64,000 nt of DNA, taken from an uncultured Bacillota bacterium. GTDB taxonomy: Bacteria > Sysuimicrobiota > Sysuimicrobiia > Sysuimicrobiales > Segetimicrobiaceae. How positions within the stretch are numbered: the first letter of the stretch is position 1; every line of letters starts with the position of its first letter. Below the pieces are notes generated by a model. It ran no database searches, was not told the DNA's origin, and was given only the letters and a program-made list of their open reading frames with translations. The translations under genes and the position numbers were made by a program. Of the stretch, positions 58,357 through 64,000 are shown piece after piece. The stretch covers positions 288,001 to 352,000 of the forward strand of contig CAWDRG010000009.1 in the NCBI GenBank assembly GCA_963804645.1, given 5' to 3'.

Positions 58357-59136
58357 CTACGCACGCCGGCCCGCAGTCATCCCGCCGTCAATGACAAACG
58401 GCGCCCCGGTCACAAACGCGGCATCGTCCGACGCAAGGTACAGCGCCGCCGCCGCGATCTCCTCGGGGCGGCCCAGGCGGCCGGCGAGTTGCCGCTCCTT
58501 GATCCGCTCGAGCGCCGCGTCCGGATCCGCGTACGATGTCTTGAGGTACCGCTCGACAAACGGCGTGTACACCGTGCCCGGGCACAGCGCGTTCACGCGG
58601 ATCTGCTGCGGCACATAGTCCACCGCCATCGCGCGCGTCAGCGCGAGCACGGCGCCCTTCGTGGCGGAGTACGCCGCGCGCCGTTCCAGGCCGAACAGCG
58701 CGGCGCCCGAGGACATGTTGATGATGCATCCACCGCCCCGCGCGAGCATGTGCGGCAGCACGTACTTCGCCATGAGGAACACTCCGCGCAGGTTCACGGC
58801 GACGACGCGGTCCCACTCGTCCTCCGGGACCTCGTGGAGCATCCCGACGTGGCTCACGCCGGCGTTGTTGAAGAGGATATCGATGCGCCCGTGCCACGCG
58901 GCGACGGCATCGGCGGCGCGCCGCGCGTCGCGGGACACGGACACGTCGGCGTGGACCCAGAGGGCGTCCCCGCCCCCTTGCACGATCTCGCGAACGGTCT
59001 CTCGCGCCCCGGCCTCGTCCACGTCAACCACACCGACCGAGGCGCCCTCACGGGCGAACAGCGCGGCCGTCGCCCGTCCGATGCCGGAGCCCGCCCCGGT
59101 AATCAACGCCACCCGTCCAGCCAGCCGCGTCATCAC
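58357..59136 (-). CDS. SDR family oxidoreductase
   Basis: TGAGSGIG, NNAG, YSATK, IRVNALCPG and IDGG motifs. Confidence 0.92.
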   Translation of the reverse strand: MMTRLAGRVALITGAGSGIGRATAALFAREGASVGVVDVDEAGARETVREIVQGGGDALWVHADVSVSRDARRAADAVAAWHGRIDILFNNAGVSHVGMLHEVPEDEWDRVVAVNLRGVFLMAKYVLPHMLARGGGCIINMSSGAALFGLERRAAYSATKGAVLALTRAMAVDYVPQQIRVNALCPGTVYTPFVERYLKTSYADPDAALERIKERQLAGRLGRPEEIAAAALYLASDDAAFVTGAPFVIDGGMTAGRRA

Positions 59137-59362
59137 GCCTCCTTAGATTCTCTGGCCGCCCGACCCCTCGGCGCGCAAATGGTGCCGTGGGGTGGGGATC
59201 GTCGGAAGTTCTGCCACGGATAGCCGCTGGCCTGCGTCTCCACGCTCCACCCCCCCGCTTCCGGAGAATTGCTCCGCAATTGGCATCGAAAATTCACGTC
59301 CGGAAGAGAAAAACGTCGCCCGAATGACTACAAATGCAAAATTGGATGATTTGGGTGCTATC

Positions 59363-59411
59363 AGTACATACGTTCGTATTTATCGGTTTTGATATACCGT
59401 ACATAAGTTCG
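59363..59411. promoter_or_regulatory. Two putative LexA (SOS) boxes, GTAC-N4-GTTC
   Basis: aGTACatacGTTCg (core 59364-59375) and cGTACataaGTTCg (core 59399-59410), 35 bp apart, upstream of lexA; variant of the Cheo box GAAC-N4-GTTC. Confidence 0.8.
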
Positions 59412-59465
59412 ATATCATAGGGTTGGGAAACAAAACAGCAAGAGATGCGATTCGGGAGGTCAGGG

Positions 59466-60101
59466 ATGGCAAAGGCTCGCGCCCTCACTCGCAGACAGCG
59501 GCAGATCCTGGACTACCTGTGCAAGGAAGTTCAGGGCAAGGGCTTCGCGCCGTCTGTCCGAGAGATCGGAGAAGCGCTCGGGATGAGGTCTCCATCGACG
59601 GTGCATCAGCATCTCGTCGCGCTCGAGCAGAAGGGCTGCGTGAGACGGCACGGAGAGCGGATGCGCGCCCTGGAGGTCGTGGACAAGGCGCTGATCCAAT
59701 CGGGCGACAGCGTCTCCCTCCCCCTGGTCGGCCGTGTGTCCGCCGGCACGCCGATCCTGGCCGAGGAACACATCGAGGAACACATCGAGGTGCCGCGCCG
59801 TTTCTTAGGGGACGTCCGCGGGTGCTTTCTGCTTCGAGTGCGCGGCGACAGCATGGTCGGAGCCGGCATCATGCCGAACGACGTAGTGGTCGTCAGGCGA
59901 CAGGCCGTCGCCTCTCCCGGGGAGATCATCGTGGCGCTCCTGGAAGACGAGGCGACCGTCAAGACGCTCGCGCTCAACGAAGGCACTCCGGTGCTCATGC
60001 CGGCCAACCCAGCGTACCAGCCGATTCGAAAGGAGTTCCAGATCGTCGGTCGGGTCGTCGGGCTCATCCGGGCCTATCAGGGAGGACTGACATGGTCGTA
60101 A
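59466..60101 (+). CDS. lexA: SOS repressor LexA
   Basis: LTRRQRQIL, PSVREIG, SPSTVHQHL, VSAG cleavage site, RGDSM (Ser) and EATVK (Lys). Confidence 0.96.
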   Translation: MAKARALTRRQRQILDYLCKEVQGKGFAPSVREIGEALGMRSPSTVHQHLVALEQKGCVRRHGERMRALEVVDKALIQSGDSVSLPLVGRVSAGTPILAEEHIEEHIEVPRRFLGDVRGCFLLRVRGDSMVGAGIMPNDVVVVRRQAVASPGEIIVALLEDEATVKTLALNEGTPVLMPANPAYQPIRKEFQIVGRVVGLIRAYQGGLTWS

Positions 60102-60367
60102 GCACAGCACACTGGACACGTTCGACAGCGGTCCGGCAGGTGGGTACGCCACGCCGTCGGAGACCGGTTCGGCGCCACCTCGCGGTCGTGCGACCCGTCC
60201 ACGCCGCCTCCAGCAGTGCCGCGTGGGTGCCGGCGCAGCCCTCCGGCGAGATGACGGTCGCGCGGTTCCTGCGGCTGTTCGCGGACGACCAAAAGCTCAC
60301 GCGATTCAAGCTCTTGATGCTGGCCGCGCTGGTCATCGCGGCCGCGGTGCTCGATCGGGCGGTGTAG
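60092..60367 (+). CDS. Small (91 aa) basic protein with C-terminal hydrophobic helix, overlapping the lexA stop
   Basis: GGAGG at 60081-60085, ATG 60092; ends FKLLMLAALVIAAAVLDRAV. Confidence 0.65.
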   Translation: MVVSTAHWTRSTAVRQVGTPRRRRPVRRHLAVVRPVHAASSSAAWVPAQPSGEMTVARFLRLFADDQKLTRFKLLMLAALVIAAAVLDRAV

Positions 60368-60369
60368 CC

Positions 60370-60861
60370 ATGGCGAACGGGACGTCGAGATCCTCCAAGA
60401 CTCTGCACGCGTACGTCGCGGCCGCGCCGCTGTCCAGCGGGCGGGCCGGGATGGGAGTCGTGTTCGTGGACGCCCAGGGGCGCGTCCTGCGGCGGATCGG
60501 CCGCACGCTTGCGGGGGTCGAGAACCAGGATCTTGCGGCGTTTCGAGGGATTCTCTACGCGCTGTGGAACTCGCGCCGCCTCGGCCCGCGGTCGGTCGTC
60601 GTGCACAGCGACGCCCCGGACGTCGTGGAGCAGATCAACGGGACCCGGGAGGTCGACACGGCGCTGATCGGGCCGTATCTCGAAGTGCGGGCGCTGCTCC
60701 ACGCATACCGTGGGGCGCGCGTCAAAGCCGACCGGGCCGCGTGGGGGCACGAGGCCGCCGCGGTGGCCGAGGCGGCCCGCGATCACGACACCGACGATAC
60801 GATCGAAGATCTGCCGCTGTGGGCCGGACGCACGACCACGCTGGAGCGCTCGAGCGCGTGA
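60370..60861 (+). CDS. RNase HI-fold (RVT_3-like) protein lacking most catalytic acidic residues
   Basis: AGMGVVFVD, VVVHSDAPDVVEQING and PYLEVRALL match the RNase HI pattern. The YxDG, NNxAE and RAD positions read YVAA, QDLAA and EAA. Confidence 0.75.
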   Translation: MANGTSRSSKTLHAYVAAAPLSSGRAGMGVVFVDAQGRVLRRIGRTLAGVENQDLAAFRGILYALWNSRRLGPRSVVVHSDAPDVVEQINGTREVDTALIGPYLEVRALLHAYRGARVKADRAAWGHEAAAVAEAARDHDTDDTIEDLPLWAGRTTTLERSSA

Positions 60862-60972
60862 CCGCCGCAGGTCCGGGAATCCGAAGGAACCACCCCTCCC
60901 CGCTGCGAACCACCTAGCCATCACGCGGCGCCGGGCCGCGTTCAGGCCCGCGCGCCCTTGTCATCGGAGAAG

Positions 60973-61518
60973 ATGAGCAAGCCACCGAGCGCGTCTCCAT
61001 TGCTTGACGAGGGTGAGGAACGGCTGGCGGCGGAAGACTGGGACGGGGCGGTCGCCGCGTTCCAGAAGGCGTGTACGGCCGCGCCGTCGTCCGCATTGGC
61101 CCACAGCAAGCTCGGCGTCGCCTACGTGCACGGCCAACGGTGGGACGACGCCCACGCGGCCTTTACCAAGGCCGTCCAGCTGGATCCCCGGTACGCCCCG
61201 GCGCACAGCAACCTCGGCAACGTCTACCGTGAGCGCGGGCGCTTCGACGAGGCGATCGCGTGCTACCAGAAGGCGATCGCGATGGACCCCGACTACTGGA
61301 TCGCGCACCAAAACCTGGGGGTCGTGTACAAGCAGCAGGGGCGGATCGGCGAAGCCGTGCGGGAGTTCAAGACCGCCACGCGTCTCTCGCTCCGCGCGGG
61401 GGCCCGGAGCCCGTCGACCGCCGCGACAGGGGGCCGCGCGGGCCGTATGGGCTGCATGGGCGCCGGGGGCATGTCGGTCCTCCTGCTGGTCGCGCTGGCT
61501 ACGCTCGTCCTGCATTGA
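60973..61518 (+). CDS. TPR protein with C-terminal membrane anchor
   Basis: Repeats AHSKLGVAY, AHSNLGNVY and AHQNLGVVY; hydrophobic C-terminus. Confidence 0.88.
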   Translation: MSKPPSASPLLDEGEERLAAEDWDGAVAAFQKACTAAPSSALAHSKLGVAYVHGQRWDDAHAAFTKAVQLDPRYAPAHSNLGNVYRERGRFDEAIACYQKAIAMDPDYWIAHQNLGVVYKQQGRIGEAVREFKTATRLSLRAGARSPSTAATGGRAGRMGCMGAGGMSVLLLVALATLVLH

Positions 61519-61602
61519 GCTCAGACGCACGGGAATAAACCGGGAGCGGGATAGGTTGAGACGAACGGGTGCATTTATCGGGAAGAGGAAGGGAGCCAGG
61601 CG

Positions 61603-61932
61603 ATGGGAGCCAAGCCGGAGAGCGTGACGGAGAAGACGTTCGACGCCGACGTGCTGAAGTCGGGCACGCCGGTCCTGGTTGACTTCTGGGCGACGTGGTG
61701 CGGGCCGTGCAAGATGATCGCACCAATCGTCGAGGAGCTGGCAGGTGAGTACGAGGGGAAGCTGCGCGTGATGAAGCTCGACGTGGACGAGAACGGCGGG
61801 GTGGCCGCCAAGTACAGCATCATGAGCATTCCGACCCTCGGCGTCTTCCGCGGGGGCGAGCTCGTGGAGCGGATCGTCGGCTTCATGCCGAAGGAAGCGC
61901 TGAAGAAGCGCATCGACGCGGCGCTGACGTAA
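61603..61932 (+). CDS. trxA: Thioredoxin
   Basis: VDFWATWCGPCK and SIPTL motifs. Confidence 0.97.
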   Translation: MGAKPESVTEKTFDADVLKSGTPVLVDFWATWCGPCKMIAPIVEELAGEYEGKLRVMKLDVDENGGVAAKYSIMSIPTLGVFRGGELVERIVGFMPKEALKKRIDAALT

Positions 61933-62225
61933 CAGAGTCTCGGGCGGCCGGGCGCGCCCTCGGCGGGAAGCCGGGAGGACGCGCCGGGACACCGGCCGAC
62001 TGTTCGACTGCGGCGCCGGCGTTCGGTCGGCGCCGCGGGCGTTTACCCACGAGGGGGCTGGGTAAGAGCATCCTGGGCCTTTGTGTGCCCAAAACGCCAT
62101 GCCCCGGCCGCGACGACGCGCCGGAAGCGAGCTCATCCAATCCTCCCTGACACGACAGCTCACGGCCGTCCGACCCGCAGACGCCTTCGCCCACGGGATC
62201 GCCCCCCGACACGGCCTCCAGCATA

Positions 62226-62246
62226 CTTGACATAGATATTGTCATG
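62226..62246. promoter_or_regulatory. HAIR-like inverted repeat CTTGACA-N7-TGTCATG; candidate HspR operator
   Basis: 6 of 7 bases complementary with a 7-nt spacer, the same geometry as actinobacterial HAIR (CTTGAGT-N7-ACTCAAG); a third CTTGACA at 62250-62256. Confidence 0.65.
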
Positions 62247-62250
62247 TCTC

Positions 62251-62279
62251 TTGACATGATCTGCCATAAATGTTATAGT
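62251..62279 (+). promoter_or_regulatory. Sigma70-type promoter of the heat-shock operon
   Basis: TTGACA (62251-62256), 17 nt, TATAGT (62274-62279) with extended TG. Confidence 0.85.
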
Positions 62280-62322
62280 GATGTTGCTACAGCGAGGCTA
62301 GGCTGGGCGAAGGGGTAGGTCA

Positions 62323-62703
62323 GTGAAGGAACGCACACCGGACACGCCGGTCTACGTGATCAGCATTGCCGCGGATCTTACCGGATGCCACCCGCGAACG
62401 CTCCGGATCTACGAGGAGCGCGGCCTGGTGGCCCCCACCCGCCGTCACCGAATCCGTCTGTACTCGGAACTGGATATTCAGCGCGTGAGACTGATCCGGT
62501 TCCTCACGGAGGAGCGAGGATTGAACCTCGCCGGCGTTCGCCTGCTGCTCGAGATCCAGGAACACTACCATGAGGAGTTGACCTGGGTCTACGACGGCGG
62601 GCAGCCCGACAGGGAGACGCGGAGACCGGCACACGAGCCACAGGCAACGAGCACGTCAGCACGCGAGAAGAACCATAGACCACAAGGAGGACGAGGACGA
62701 TGA
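62323..62703 (+). CDS. hspR: MerR-family heat-shock repressor
   Basis: PVYVISIAADLTGCHPRTLRIYEERGLVAP, RLYS and GLNLAGV motifs; first gene of the dnaK operon. Confidence 0.88.
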   Translation: MKERTPDTPVYVISIAADLTGCHPRTLRIYEERGLVAPTRRHRIRLYSELDIQRVRLIRFLTEERGLNLAGVRLLLEIQEHYHEELTWVYDGGQPDRETRRPAHEPQATSTSAREKNHRPQGGRGR

Positions 62704-63158
62704 GTAGCATCATGGTTTGGGATCCGTTCAATGAGGTCATGACCCTGCGGCGCTCGATGGAGCGCCTGATCGAAGATGTCGTCACGCCGGGGCCCGCAGC
62801 CACGGCGCGCGACGGCAACGGACTCGCCGTGTGGGCACCCGCGGTCGAGATGTACGAGACCGACAGCGAGGTGATCGTGCGGGCAGAGCTGCCCAACATC
62901 GACCCCGCGCAGGTCGACATCACCGTCGCGCACGACGCGGTCACCCTGAAGGGTGAGACCAAGCGCGAGACCGAGCAGAAGGGCCGGAACTACTACCGGC
63001 GCGAGCTTCGGTACGGCACGTTCACGCGGACGCTGCCGCTGGCCACCGAGGTGAACAACGCGGACGCGCAGGCGACCTATAAGGACGGGGTGCTGGAGAT
63101 CAAGATTCCGAAGTCGGAGCGGATGAAGCCGACGTCGGTGAAGGTGCAAGCCAGCTAA
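62700..63158 (+). CDS. Hsp20/alpha-crystallin small heat-shock protein
   Basis: WDPF, WAPAVEMYET, YGTFTRTLPL and ATYKDGVLEIKIPK motifs. Confidence 0.94.
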   Translation: MSSIMVWDPFNEVMTLRRSMERLIEDVVTPGPAATARDGNGLAVWAPAVEMYETDSEVIVRAELPNIDPAQVDITVAHDAVTLKGETKRETEQKGRNYYRRELRYGTFTRTLPLATEVNNADAQATYKDGVLEIKIPKSERMKPTSVKVQAS

Positions 63159-63242
63159 CGAAGGTGTGCCGGCGCCCGGCCGCGGGTCGGGCGCCGGCCG
63201 ATACCCACACGCGGCGCGAGGCGCCGCCGGGAGGAGTTCGGT

Positions 63243-64000
63243 ATGGCAAAAGTAGTGGGCATAGATCTCGGTACGACGAACTCGGTGATTGCGGTGATGA
63301 TCGGCGGCGAGCCGACCGTCATCCCCAACGCCGAAGGAAGCCGGCTCACGCCGTCCGTCGTCGGCTTCACGAAGACGGGAGAGCGGCTGGTCGGCCAGAT
63401 GGCCCGGCGGCAGGGAATCCTCAACCCCGAGAACACCGTGTACTCGATCAAGCGCTTCATGGGCCGACGCTTCAGCGAGGTGGCGGCGGAGCGCGCGATC
63501 GTGCCGTATAAGGTGGAAGAGGGCAAGAACGGCGCCGCGGTCGTCAGCATCCCAGCGGCGGGCAAGACCTTCACGCCGGAAGAGATCTCGGCGATGATCC
63601 TCCAGAAGCTCAAGACCGACGCCGAAGCCTACCTGGGCGAGAAGGTCGACCAGGCGGTGATCACGGTCCCCGCGTACTTCAACGATGCGCAGCGCACGGC
63701 GACGCGCACCGCGGGCGAGATCGCGGGCCTGAAAGTCCTGCGGATCATCAACGAGCCGACGGCGTCCGCCCTCGCGTACGGCCGGCAGCTCGAGCAGAAG
63801 CATGCCAAGACGATCCTGGTCTTCGACCTCGGCGGCGGCACGTTCGACGTCTCGATCCTGGAGATCGGCGAGGGCGTCTACGAGGTGAAGTCGACGAACG
63901 GGGACACGCACCTCGGCGGCGATGACTTCGACGAGCGGATCGTCAACTGGCTGGCCGACGAGTTCAAGAAGCAGCAGGGCATCGACCTGCGGGCGGACCG
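63243..64000 (+). CDS. dnaK: Chaperone DnaK, 3'-truncated by the window edge
   Basis: [54 protein letters not shown] and [11 protein letters not shown] read directly from the sequence. Confidence 0.97.
   Translation, partial: MAKVVGIDLGTTNSVIAVMIGGEPTVIPNAEGSRLTPSVVGFTKTGERLVGQMARRQGILNPENTVYSIKRFMGRRFSEVAAERAIVPYKVEEGKNGAAVVSIPAAGKTFTPEEISAMILQKLKTDAEAYLGEKVDQAVITVPAYFNDAQRTATRTAGEIAGLKVLRIINEPTASALAYGRQLEQKHAKTILVFDLGGGTFDVSILEIGEGVYEVKSTNGDTHLGGDDFDERIVNWLADEFKKQQGIDLRAD

Noticed and set aside
61933..62225. ncRNA or small ORF between trxA and the hspR promoter
   Set aside because: Only GC-rich potential hairpins; no recognisable RNA family or convincing coding signal.
1..64000. tRNA, rRNA, CRISPR arrays, prophage or defence systems
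   Set aside because: None recognised on reading; short RNAs could have been missed without tRNAscan or Infernal.

Overview
Very GC-rich bacterial chromosomal window, mostly core or near-core genes. Family calls come from recalled motifs, not database searches. In order: a 5'-truncated DHA2 MFS transporter; a convergent trehalose/alpha-glucan cluster (treY, glgX with two frameshifts and a GH57 gene on +; glgE, treS-maltokinase fusion and treZ on -); a Tat-exported four-gene type II DMSO-reductase-family molybdoenzyme operon (alpha, beta, heme-b gamma, chaperone); an HhH-GPD glycosylase, a small ORF and a CBS protein divergent from a CGNR/ABATE regulator; an intact 1,422-bp DDE insertion sequence with a 5-bp target duplication; rsmI, a DUF2007/YagE-like aldolase fusion and hom-thrC-thrB-lysC; a decayed IS fragment; a Met T-box riboswitch with metG; a secretin-containing Tad/Flp pilus locus; gcvT-H-PA-PB; pheA; a lexA operon; trxA; and hspR-hsp20-dnaK (3'-truncated). 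T-box, Cheo-like SOS boxes, HspR and split GcvP together with a secretin suggest a diderm Terrabacteria lineage (inference only). The best candidate for an undescribed system is the lexA operon: two GTAC-N4-GTTC boxes, lexA, a small membrane protein, and an RNase HI-fold protein lacking most catalytic residues with a clamp-motif-like tail. Other leads are the exported molybdoenzyme of unknown substrate, the DUF2007-aldolase fusion, and candidate operators for the CGNR and HspR regulators.
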